Part shown: positions 50,578-59,546 of the stretch, piece by piece
How positions within the stretch are numbered: the first letter of the stretch is position 1
How the letters are laid out: every line of letters starts with the position of its first letter
NCBI GenBank assembly: GCA_030550585.1
Contig: JAUQPB010000003.1
Location: 132,333-196,332, forward strand
DNA: 64,000 nt
Reading direction: 5' to 3'
Origin: Thermoproteota archaeon
GTDB lineage: Archaea; Thermoproteota; Thermoprotei_A; Sulfolobales; Ignisphaeraceae
Notes under the pieces: generated by a model
What the model was told of the DNA's origin: nothing
Seen by the model: the letters and a program-made list of their open reading frames with translations, nothing else
The model's database searches: none
Made by a program: the position numbers and the translations under genes

Positions 50578-51867
50578 CTACAATTTCAAGAGCTTGCCAG
50601 CATATATCGCATTGCCGGCAAGGTATTTTTCTATTCTTAGCAATTCGTTATATTTAGCGGTTCTCTCTCCTCTTGCTGGTGCCCCAGTTTTTATGAATGG
50701 TCCATTCACAGCCACAGCTAGATGAGCTATTGTATTATCTTCGCTTTCCCCACTTCTATGACTTATTATTGTGTAGATGCCATTGTTTTTAGCTAGCGAT
50801 ATGAAATCTAGTGTTTCCGTTAGGGTGCCTATCTGGTTAGGTTTGACAATAACGCCAGAGACAGAGCCGTATTTGATTGCTGTTTCAAGTCTGCTAACAT
50901 TTGTTACGGTAAGATCGTCGCCAACAATGATTGTCTTATCTTTTAGTTCTTTTCTAAGCTCGGCATAGGCTTCGAATTCCTCTTCATTGAACGGGTCTTC
51001 TATACTTAAAATATTGAACTCCACGGCTAACGATTTCCAATATTCAATAAGCTTTTCTCTGCTGAGCTTGTTACCGTCTATTACATAAACTTTGTTTGTT
51101 TCATCGTAGAACTGAGAGGCTGCCGCATCTAATGATATCCTAACCTGTTTTTCTGTATCATAACCACAGTTTTTAATAGCTGTTAAAAGAGCCTCTATAG
51201 CCTCTCTCACAAATTTCATTGGAGGGGCATACCCACCTTCATCGCCTACATTAACTGCCGAAGACCCGTATTTGCTTTTTAGCACAGATTTCAATTCCTT
51301 GTATATTTCTACCGCAGCTCTTATTGCTTCTGAAAACGAATCGAAACCCATTGGGACTACCATAAACTCCTGAACAGCCAACTCGTTTCCTGCATGCGCA
51401 CCTCCATTGATGATGTTTAGAAGTGGTATAGGCAAAATTCTGCTATTTATGCCTCCTAGGTATTGGAATAATGGAATTTTAGCTGTATCAGCTGCAGCCT
51501 TTGCCACAGCTAAACTCGTTGCTAGAATTGCATTTGCGCCCAGCCTAGATTTGGTTTGCGTTCCATCCACTTCTATCATTATTTTATCTATTTCCCTCTG
51601 TTTTCTTGCATCAATTCCTTGTATAGCCGGAGCAATATAGTTTACAACATTTGAAACAGCTTTGGTCACACCACGCCCTTTAAACTTTTTTGCGTCTCCA
51701 TCTCTAAGTTCTAGAGCCTCAAATTTACCCCTAGACGCTCCTGCTGGCGCAATGGCTCTACCAACACCACCTCCAACAGTTTCTACAACTACCTCTACAG
51801 TAGGATCTCCACGTGAGTCAAGTACTTGCAGCGCATCTACAGATTTTATTATGTATGGATTGGACAT
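50578..51867 (-). CDS. eno: Enolase
   Basis: LDSRGDPTVEV, NGGAHA, GDEGG, VGDDL, KPNQIG, SHRSGES. Confidence 0.97.
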   Translation of the reverse strand: MSNPYIIKSVDALQVLDSRGDPTVEVVVETVGGGVGRAIAPAGASRGKFEALELRDGDAKKFKGRGVTKAVSNVVNYIAPAIQGIDARKQREIDKIMIEVDGTQTKSRLGANAILATSLAVAKAAADTAKIPLFQYLGGINSRILPIPLLNIINGGAHAGNELAVQEFMVVPMGFDSFSEAIRAAVEIYKELKSVLKSKYGSSAVNVGDEGGYAPPMKFVREAIEALLTAIKNCGYDTEKQVRISLDAAASQFYDETNKVYVIDGNKLSREKLIEYWKSLAVEFNILSIEDPFNEEEFEAYAELRKELKDKTIIVGDDLTVTNVSRLETAIKYGSVSGVIVKPNQIGTLTETLDFISLAKNNGIYTIISHRSGESEDNTIAHLAVAVNGPFIKTGAPARGERTAKYNELLRIEKYLAGNAIYAGKLLKL

Positions 51868-51954
51868 TATTCATCACTTGCAACTAGAATTATTGTTGGC
51901 GAAACATAATATGCTTTGCTCCTCTATCAAAGGTTTATATACGCGACTTAAATA

Positions 51955-52302
51955 ATGATATTTACTGTGATTGAGATGCCTAAGAAGGGGAGCCAAAAAA
52001 CATCAAACAAGTGCCCGAGGTGTGGTACCGTTGTGTCTTCTCCAACAAAAACATGGCAATTGATAGCACCAATACCTGATAGTGCAGGAAGGGTAACTAT
52101 AACTATAATGGGGATCTACGAGTGCCCTAACTGTGGCTACAAATGGCGTACTGTCATATCAAAAATGAAGGTTGGTAGTGAAAATGTGGAGATAGAAGGT
52201 GCCAAGAAGACCATTACTTTAGCTAGTTCTAAAAGCGAAAGAAGTGAAAATGTAATTGAACTTGATTTAGATGAGATTTCCAAGGAGGAGGAAGAAGAGT
52301 AG
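51955..52302 (+). CDS. Cren7-related Zn-ribbon protein with acidic tail
   Basis: CPRCG..PTKTWQLIAPIPD..GRVTITIMGIYECPNCG; likely start at MPKK. Confidence 0.65.
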   Translation: MIFTVIEMPKKGSQKTSNKCPRCGTVVSSPTKTWQLIAPIPDSAGRVTITIMGIYECPNCGYKWRTVISKMKVGSENVEIEGAKKTITLASSKSERSENVIELDLDEISKEEEEE

Positions 52303-52309
52303 GGTAGAA

Positions 52310-52834
52310 ATGAGCAAAACATTAAAAACCCTCGAAACCGCCTTACTTTTATTGCTTATATTGATGCTACTCTATGCTAATCTAGCATACTATTTATGGA
52401 AACAAGTAACCATAGCTGTCATTGAAGGATATAGCATGTATCCACTGCTTCACGACAGCGATATTGTGATAATCCTTCCATCTAATAACATACACCTTGG
52501 CGACATAATTGTTTTTAGAAATGACTATAATGAGCTTGTAATACATAGAGTTGTAGGTATAATAAACTGTTCTAGCAAGACACTCTATGTGACAAAGGGC
52601 GACAACAACCAGTTTGTGGATCAAGCAACATTCATCTCATATAGAACTAGTATCGAATGTAAGAAAGGTGCCATAGAAATTCTGCATAGCACTAACGACG
52701 ATTTCAATAAAAATATAGCTCAAGCAATAGGCGACAATTACAGAGGTATAGATACTTCGAGGATAGTGGGAAAAGCTCTACAGATAAATGATGTTGTGAT
52801 AAAGATTACAGGTCTTATCACAAGATGGGGCTAA
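52310..52834 (+). CDS. Signal peptidase I (S26B, archaeal/ER type)
   Basis: N-terminal TM, GYSMYP, GDIIVF, IHRV, TKGDNN. Confidence 0.92.
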   Translation: MSKTLKTLETALLLLLILMLLYANLAYYLWKQVTIAVIEGYSMYPLLHDSDIVIILPSNNIHLGDIIVFRNDYNELVIHRVVGIINCSSKTLYVTKGDNNQFVDQATFISYRTSIECKKGAIEILHSTNDDFNKNIAQAIGDNYRGIDTSRIVGKALQINDVVIKITGLITRWG

Positions 52835-54899
52835 GCTTTTCCGACTCCTGGTTCAGGATATGGTATGCCACCTCCTTAACATATAGCCCCGAGGATCTGA
52901 GCGAAAGAATCTTTTTTAAATAGCTTCTCCAATCAAAGCCAAACCTTCTCCATTTCTCAAATTCCCTTAGAAGATTTTCCCATGCCGCCCTATGGAAAAC
53001 GCAAAAACCGCTTTCATCTGCAAATCTTCTACATATTTTACACATCCTTTTATTTTTCACAGCCTCACAATTCACATTATTTATACATGGCACAACGGAA
53101 AAGATGTCGTGAATTATTGTCGATCTAATTTTCAATACATTGTTTATATATCTCGATAGAATATTTTTTGCCTCTTCAACAACACCGTCGCACTTAATTC
53201 TACCTTCTCTTATATTCCTTAAATATTCTTCAAATTTCCTAGTCAGTGAGACGCTAACCAGATCCTCCACATATTTTTTGAGCAAAAAGGTTACGAAAAG
53301 GCCAGTATCTGATACATCTACAGATCTTGACTTAGATTTTAGGTATCCTCTATCAAAAAGCAACTCTATTATTTCAGCTCTCGTAGACTCAGTACCTATG
53401 TCTACACTCTCCATCCACTTCAATAAGGATATTCTAGATGGGGGTAGAGGCGCTTTTGTGTACATTATTTTTATACCGAATCTTTTTATAGGAATTTCTT
53501 CACCCTCGATAAACTTGTAGTTCGCCAGATACTGATCTTCCTCTATGTGAGAATATGGATAGTATTTTAGCCATCCATAATCCAAAATTTTATTTGTAGT
53601 AATTGAATATTGTAGCCCATGAACATCTAATACCACCTTCAATTCCATAACCTTTAGAGGTGTAGAAAATGTTGCTAAAAATCTTCTAACGATTAAATCA
53701 TATATTTTTTCATGTTGGTAATCCAGCTTTTTAGGCATTTCACCAGTAGGGTAAATCGCAGGATGTGCAGGGTCGTCTAGAGGGCCATTATTAGGTTTTA
53801 AAACCCCATTGGTTTCTTTGATAAGTTGTTTTACAAGGTCTCTATAGACTTTATTCAATCCAATCATGTTTAATATATTTTTAACATCTAATGTTTGTGG
53901 AAGCTTTTGGCTATTGGTTCTTGGATAGCTTATCAAGGCATCTAAATAGAGGTCCTCAGCTATTTTCTGTGTCTTATGGGGGCTTATTCTGTAGATTCTA
54001 TATGCTTCTTTTTGCAGATCTGGAAGATTGAAGGGGTGAGGTGGGCTATAGACCTTTACCTCTTTATAAACCTTTTTGATTTTGGCATATGGCTTCGACT
54101 TTATTTTTTCGATTATCTGTTTTGCCTTGTCCAAAGAGTCTATTGGATCTCCTTCATATATTGGCCTAACCATTTTGTCGCCTAGCCCCAATGAAATATC
54201 TATTATGGCATATGGTACAGGAACATGTAAACGCCTCCTCAACACCAAGTCAGTTGCATAAACTAGTGTCGGTGTCTGAACCCTTCCTGCGCTCAATATG
54301 CTTCTCTTTCCAAACACCTGTTTATACAAATCCATTAGCATTCTCGATATGTTTATACCCCATAACCAATCCAGTACATGTCTACAGTAGCCAGCTTCAA
54401 CCATATTATAGTCAATGCCTGAAAGATTAGAAAAAGCTCTTCGGATTTCTACAGGGGTTAGGCTGGAAAATTTGGCTCTTCTAGCCTTTTTAATGTCACC
54501 AAAATTCCTGATAATCATATATCCAATTAAAGAGCCCTCAACATCATAATCACATGCATTAATGAATCCAACAGCCTTTTGCGAAAGAGTTTTAAGAACC
54601 TCAAAATATTTTCTTGCATACCTACTCCCTTTATCAACAAGATGTCTGGGAACCCATTTAAAATTAAATGTTGGATAGCCCACATCATCTGTTGTCAATG
54701 TAAATAAATGGCCAGCTGCTGGCGCTATAACATAAAAATCTCCATTCCATTGTGTAAACCAGATGGAGACACCATTAATTACAATCTTCTTGCTAGCATT
54801 TAGAGCCTCCGCAATTTTTTGTGCAGCCTTTGGTTTCTCTGCTATTACAAGAATATAGTTGTCCATTGGAATGTCTTTCTGCCTTGAGTAACCCTTCAT
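52818..54899 (-). CDS. topA: DNA topoisomerase IA (crenarchaeal Topo III type)
   Basis: IAEKP, ACDYDVEG, SAGRVQTP, ISYPRT (catalytic Tyr), AHPAIYP, GTESTR, C-terminal Zn finger. Confidence 0.95.
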   Translation of the reverse strand: MKGYSRQKDIPMDNYILVIAEKPKAAQKIAEALNASKKIVINGVSIWFTQWNGDFYVIAPAAGHLFTLTTDDVGYPTFNFKWVPRHLVDKGSRYARKYFEVLKTLSQKAVGFINACDYDVEGSLIGYMIIRNFGDIKKARRAKFSSLTPVEIRRAFSNLSGIDYNMVEAGYCRHVLDWLWGINISRMLMDLYKQVFGKRSILSAGRVQTPTLVYATDLVLRRRLHVPVPYAIIDISLGLGDKMVRPIYEGDPIDSLDKAKQIIEKIKSKPYAKIKKVYKEVKVYSPPHPFNLPDLQKEAYRIYRISPHKTQKIAEDLYLDALISYPRTNSQKLPQTLDVKNILNMIGLNKVYRDLVKQLIKETNGVLKPNNGPLDDPAHPAIYPTGEMPKKLDYQHEKIYDLIVRRFLATFSTPLKVMELKVVLDVHGLQYSITTNKILDYGWLKYYPYSHIEEDQYLANYKFIEGEEIPIKRFGIKIMYTKAPLPPSRISLLKWMESVDIGTESTRAEIIELLFDRGYLKSKSRSVDVSDTGLFVTFLLKKYVEDLVSVSLTRKFEEYLRNIREGRIKCDGVVEEAKNILSRYINNVLKIRSTIIHDIFSVVPCINNVNCEAVKNKRMCKICRRFADESGFCVFHRAAWENLLREFEKWRRFGFDWRSYLKKILSLRSSGLYVKEVAYHILNQESEKLSPIL

Positions 54900-55008
54900 T
54901 TTAGCACATCCTTTGTCAAAAATATGCCTATCTCTATTCTATCTATGACTATACTATCAAAACTAGGTTTAATATAAGGTATGCGGGTCAATAAGGTTAG
55001 CTATAATC

Positions 55009-55380
55009 TTAGATAAGATATCTCATAACCTCCTTTTCTTCAAGTGAAAAAATGTTTCCAAGCAAGCTCTTTATTTTCTCAATTCTATTTCTTTCTACAC
55101 GCGCCAGCAATTGCAGTGGAATTAACTGGTATTCACCATTTGGCTTTACTCGTTTAATCAGTAATGGTAAAACCCCTGCTAACAGTTCGTGATAAGCAAT
55201 TATAACGGGATCCTTCAATTCCAGTTTAGTAACATCAATTAGTGGGGGTGCTCCCAGAGCTAATTGAATGGCCCTTGCAGAAATGACACGCGCCTTTTCA
55301 TATTTTGTTAGCCTCTTTGGCCCTATTCTAATCTCATCCAAGGACTTCACTAATGTTAGAGCTTGCTGATTCTCATCCAT
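55009..55380 (-). CDS. rpoK: DNA-directed RNA polymerase subunit K (Rpo6)
   Basis: LTKYEKARVISARAIQLALGAPPL. Confidence 0.95.
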   Translation of the reverse strand: MDENQQALTLVKSLDEIRIGPKRLTKYEKARVISARAIQLALGAPPLIDVTKLELKDPVIIAYHELLAGVLPLLIKRVKPNGEYQLIPLQLLARVERNRIEKIKSLLGNIFSLEEKEVMRYLI

Positions 55381-55500
55381 TTTAAAAACCTTAACCAGTT
55401 GTTTGTGTCCTGTAATTTAGGTAAAGCAAATAAAAGTTTTATTTAGATTAAAAATCTGCAAGCTTATGTTTTAAAAACAATTGCTTTTGTGATATTGCCC

Positions 55501-57198
55501 CTAGTCTAGAGAGGATGTGGATGTTTTAGACTCTTCTTCCTCCTCTTTCTTCTCTTCTTTCTTTCCCTTCTCTTCCTTCTTTGGCGAAGCTGCTATAACA
55601 TCATCTATTTTAAGCACTGTTGTTGCAGTCTCTGTGGCGCTCTTCAATATCTGTTTCTTAACTATTACAGGTTCAATGACGTTGAGCTTCTCCATACTTT
55701 CAACAACTTTACCGTTAACTACATCTATACCGGCAGCTATTTTTCCTTCTGAGTGAAGCTTTCTTAGTTCCATAAGAGTCTCTAAGACATCCATACCAGC
55801 TGTCTGTGCAAGTACTGTTGGTATCTCCTCCAAGGCATCAGCGAAAGCCATTATAGCCAGCTGCTCTCTTCCTCCAACAGTCTCTGCCCACCTTCTCAAT
55901 CTCATTGCCACTTCTACCTCTACTGCTCCACCACCATAAACAATCTTTGGATCCCTAAGTATATTTCTAACAGTATTGAGAGCGTCATTCAAGCTTCTCT
56001 CAACCTCATCAAGCAACATGTCATTTGCTCCTCTTAGCAGGATTGTAACTGCTCTTGGGTTCTTGCAGTTCTCGACAAACACCATCTTGTCGTTGCCGAC
56101 CCTCCTCTCCTCGACGAGAGCACACTCTCCAAGATCCTTCTCTGTCAGATCCCTGATGCTTGTAACTATTCTTCCACCAGTGGCTTTCTCCAGTTTCTCC
56201 ATGTCACTTCTCTTAACCCTTCTAACAGCCATAATACCCTTCTTAGCCAGATAGTGCTGGGCAACATCATCAATACCCTTCTGGCAAATAACAACATTAG
56301 CACCAACAGCAGAAATCTTCTCAACCATATCCCTCAATATCTTTGCTTCTTCCTCAAGATATGCTCTTATCTGATCTGGTGCAGTTATGTTTATCTTTGC
56401 AGTAATATCCGGTTTCTCTATTTCTAGTGGTGCATCGAGCAAAGCAATCTTAGCGTTCTCAACCCTCCTAGGCATAGCAGGGTGAACAACCTCCTTATCC
56501 AAAACAACACCATAAACAAGCATACTGTCTAGTAAGCTGCCACCCCTCTTCTTCTCTATCTTAACCATATCAAGCTTTACATCATATGTTCCATCAGGTC
56601 TCTTCTCCGCAACTCTAAAGGCTGCTTCGATAACCATATCCATAAGCTTGTCTATGACATCAGGCGTTGCAATGTATTTGCTTGCTAGTGTTGTGTACAA
56701 TGCCTTTTTGATTTCAGCCTTTGTTTTCTCTCTATCCTCAGGCTTGTCTAGATCGCCAACGTAAATCTTCATTCCTATCTCATCGAGGATTTCCAACGCC
56801 TTTGATAAAGCCTTCTTATAGCCCTCTATTATAGTTGTTGGGTGTATGCCTTGATCCAGAAGCTGCTCAGCTTTGTCGAGTAGAGCACCTGCCAGAACAA
56901 CTGCCGAGGTTGTCCCATCACCAACTTCAGCATCAACAGCCTTTGCTGCTTCAACTAACAGTTTTGCTGCTGGGTGCTGAACCTCCATTTCCTTAACTAT
57001 TGTTGCACCATCGTTGGTTACAGTAATGTCGCCAAAGCTATCGACAAGCATTTTATCAAGGCCTTTGGGACCCAAACTTGTTTTTAGTATTTCTGCCAGT
57101 ACGCGAGCAGCCATTATATTGGCTCTTAGAGCCTCTCTTCCATGGGTTCTTGAAGTACCCTCTTTAAGTATTAGCACAGGTACGCCATACATTGCCAT
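55501..57198 (-). CDS. ths: Thermosome (group II chaperonin) subunit
   Basis: [43 protein letters not shown]. Confidence 0.97.
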   Translation of the reverse strand: MAMYGVPVLILKEGTSRTHGREALRANIMAARVLAEILKTSLGPKGLDKMLVDSFGDITVTNDGATIVKEMEVQHPAAKLLVEAAKAVDAEVGDGTTSAVVLAGALLDKAEQLLDQGIHPTTIIEGYKKALSKALEILDEIGMKIYVGDLDKPEDREKTKAEIKKALYTTLASKYIATPDVIDKLMDMVIEAAFRVAEKRPDGTYDVKLDMVKIEKKRGGSLLDSMLVYGVVLDKEVVHPAMPRRVENAKIALLDAPLEIEKPDITAKINITAPDQIRAYLEEEAKILRDMVEKISAVGANVVICQKGIDDVAQHYLAKKGIMAVRRVKRSDMEKLEKATGGRIVTSIRDLTEKDLGECALVEERRVGNDKMVFVENCKNPRAVTILLRGANDMLLDEVERSLNDALNTVRNILRDPKIVYGGGAVEVEVAMRLRRWAETVGGREQLAIMAFADALEEIPTVLAQTAGMDVLETLMELRKLHSEGKIAAGIDVVNGKVVESMEKLNVIEPVIVKKQILKSATETATTVLKIDDVIAASPKKEEKGKKEEKKEEEEESKTSTSSLD

Positions 57199-57274
57199 AT
57201 TTTACACCACCATTATTTAGTTCAGTGTTTAGAAGAGGTTCTATATAAGCTTTTATGAAAATCCCTTGCTGCGC

Positions 57275-58150
57275 TCATCCCCTAATGATATGTGCAAAAA
57301 CTTTGCAATATTCACAAACATTTTCATCACTAAAGGATCCGCACAAATGGCATCTGCTAGGCTTTGATATAATAAAGCTTTGTAACATTTCAATAGATTT
57401 TGAACTCGAATACATCAGCTCTGGCGATCTAGTTAATATGCTATAAGCCTTTTTGATATAGCCATCAACGTTTACTTTAACACTATTTGTAGAATTGTCC
57501 ATCTTTAAAATTTCTTGCGATGAATAGGCTAGGTAAAGAATATCGTGAGAGAGCACATTGTAAAATGGTCGCACTATTTTTACATTTTCAACATATTTTA
57601 TTGGCATGCCCTCCCCGAAAACAGTTTTTGATATAAGTAGAAGGCCCAGCATCAATATCATTGATATTTCGTCTCTAAACAATAAAGATACTACATATTC
57701 TACATGATTCTCCAATGCTATTTTTGCTGCATATGCATCTATGTACTTGACCATATAGACAATCGATTTCGAAATTATATCAACAGGGTAATTAACCTCA
57801 TAGATTTCTAATCCATTCTTAACATGTTTCCTAGCCTCTTCCTCTACTATCCTACAATCAATCAAGTTATTTGGGCATAGAATTTTGTATTCTAAATCAA
57901 AGTCTTTCATAGCATTGTTTAGCACAAAAAACGACTCCAAAGACAAGGCAATGTCATCGCCTCTTATTGCGAAAATCACCTTCTCGTTTTTTCTAAACAT
58001 TTTGTAGTAATGGGAGGTTCTTCGCACTTGCTTTGCTACACTATTGAATAGACAAAGTCTACACAGTTTTTCTCCTGATGTCAGTCTATAGTATGTAGCG
58101 ACTCTTTTACCGCATGAGGAGCACAGCACATTGTTGGTTTTAGCCATCAT
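57275..58150 (-). CDS. TtuA/Ncs6-like protein with degenerate PP-loop
   Basis: N-terminal CSSC..CRLC, IVRPF, C-terminal CHLC..CEYC; AIRGDD where SGGKDS is expected. Confidence 0.7.
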   Translation of the reverse strand: MMAKTNNVLCSSCGKRVATYYRLTSGEKLCRLCLFNSVAKQVRRTSHYYKMFRKNEKVIFAIRGDDIALSLESFFVLNNAMKDFDLEYKILCPNNLIDCRIVEEEARKHVKNGLEIYEVNYPVDIISKSIVYMVKYIDAYAAKIALENHVEYVVSLLFRDEISMILMLGLLLISKTVFGEGMPIKYVENVKIVRPFYNVLSHDILYLAYSSQEILKMDNSTNSVKVNVDGYIKKAYSILTRSPELMYSSSKSIEMLQSFIISKPSRCHLCGSFSDENVCEYCKVFAHIIRG

Positions 58151-58156
58151 ATAATC

Positions 58157-58519
58157 TCATCTTTTTATGAATTTCACTTGTATAGATCTTGCCTTGAGGG
58201 CTTCTTTAATACCTCTTTTAAGTGCTGTAATGTCATTTTCAAAATCGTTAAAGATTCCTTCTTGTGTAAAAACACAAAAGCCATCTACATAAAGATTTAG
58301 CTCAACCTGGCGAGCACTCTCATTATTGCTACTTGTATCGTAGACCAAGACCGTATATATTGTTGGTTGAGATTCTTCTTCTATTATCTTTAGAAGTCTA
58401 ATGATATAGTCCTTGTCTGCTTTTCTGTATGCTAACGCAATCAGGGTTAGCTTATGCTTTGAAATATATTCGTTGGCTTCCTCACGATTTTTTATCTCAA
58501 CAACCATTTCATTTTTCAC
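58157..58519 (-). CDS. Hypothetical protein, possible thioredoxin-like fold
   Basis: Overlaps the upstream gene by 11 nt; beta/alpha pattern, LYVDG..VF.QEG. Confidence 0.55.
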   Translation of the reverse strand: MKNEMVVEIKNREEANEYISKHKLTLIALAYRKADKDYIIRLLKIIEEESQPTIYTVLVYDTSSNNESARQVELNLYVDGFCVFTQEGIFNDFENDITALKRGIKEALKARSIQVKFIKR

Positions 58520-59324
58520 GCTGCTTAAGTATATTCATTAAAATATTTTTCTCTTCATTAGTTAGAATAACTTCAACGTCTAAGACGTCCTTAGATTCGC
58601 TAGGGGGCTTTATGCCTATACTACTTAGATAGACATAGCCATAGCTTAAAGCTCTCTTCACGCTGTCCAACGGCTCTTTATATGCAAACTCTGTGAGCAT
58701 GTTCTTGAAATTAATGAACTCCTTTAACTCTCTTTCAGAGACCGAAGCCCCGCAAACTAAGCAGGAGAGATCTGGCATTAAAGAATTGAATCCACATTTA
58801 GGACATTGCAATGGGAGGATAGGATGGCGTTTCAACACCCATGCATGCCTCCATAAACTTCTCAACCTTTCAATTAAATCAATTCTACCAAATCTTAAAG
58901 CCTCGTTATATAGCCTAGGAGCATAAGCCAACACAGAGTCACCTATATTGTTGGTCACAAACTCTAGCTGGGCTTCATCTAACTGGTCTCTTAGCTCAAG
59001 AACTGCTGATGCTATCATTGGATAAACCCTATCAAGATTTCTTTTGATCCTTCTAATAATGGTGTCTAAATCTAGAGTTGAAGATTCTCCTCTAAGCACA
59101 TCAACAATTCTCGTAAACACTATAATATATTCATCGTTACTTAGATTTAGAAACTCCAGACCAATAGAAGATACAAGATCAGTAACATGCCTAGAAACCC
59201 ATTCTTCAGTGTCCACAAAACGTTTTCTACTTGGGGATCTAGGCCTAGACTTGTATTCAGAGTCTGTGGCCTCAGCAGGTTTCTCTTCTTTAGATCGCTT
59301 TGATCTAGGCATTTTTAACGCCAT
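58509..59324 (-). CDS. Conserved hypothetical Zn-ribbon protein
   Basis: Basic disordered N-terminus, helical core, CPKCGFNSLMPDLSCLVCG. Confidence 0.7.
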   Translation of the reverse strand: MALKMPRSKRSKEEKPAEATDSEYKSRPRSPSRKRFVDTEEWVSRHVTDLVSSIGLEFLNLSNDEYIIVFTRIVDVLRGESSTLDLDTIIRRIKRNLDRVYPMIASAVLELRDQLDEAQLEFVTNNIGDSVLAYAPRLYNEALRFGRIDLIERLRSLWRHAWVLKRHPILPLQCPKCGFNSLMPDLSCLVCGASVSERELKEFINFKNMLTEFAYKEPLDSVKRALSYGYVYLSSIGIKPPSESKDVLDVEVILTNEEKNILMNILKQREK

Positions 59325-59546
59325 TAACCATACTAATTGTTTGCCGCAACATACATGTGTTTAGAAAACACGTAAAATAGCTTTTTAGACACATAAATTG
59401 CATTTCATATGAAATACGGATACCAATCTTGCAAAGTAAGCTTTTCGTTAATACGGATGCCATTATAGTGAAGACATAGTTTCGTTTAACTCTATCGCAT
59501 ATTAGGTATCTAAGCATAAAATACATTTTTGCTAGGGTAGCAACCA

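Noticed and set aside
55520-55582. Low-complexity CT-rich tract
   Set aside because: It encodes the Lys/Glu-rich C-terminal tail of the thermosome subunit.
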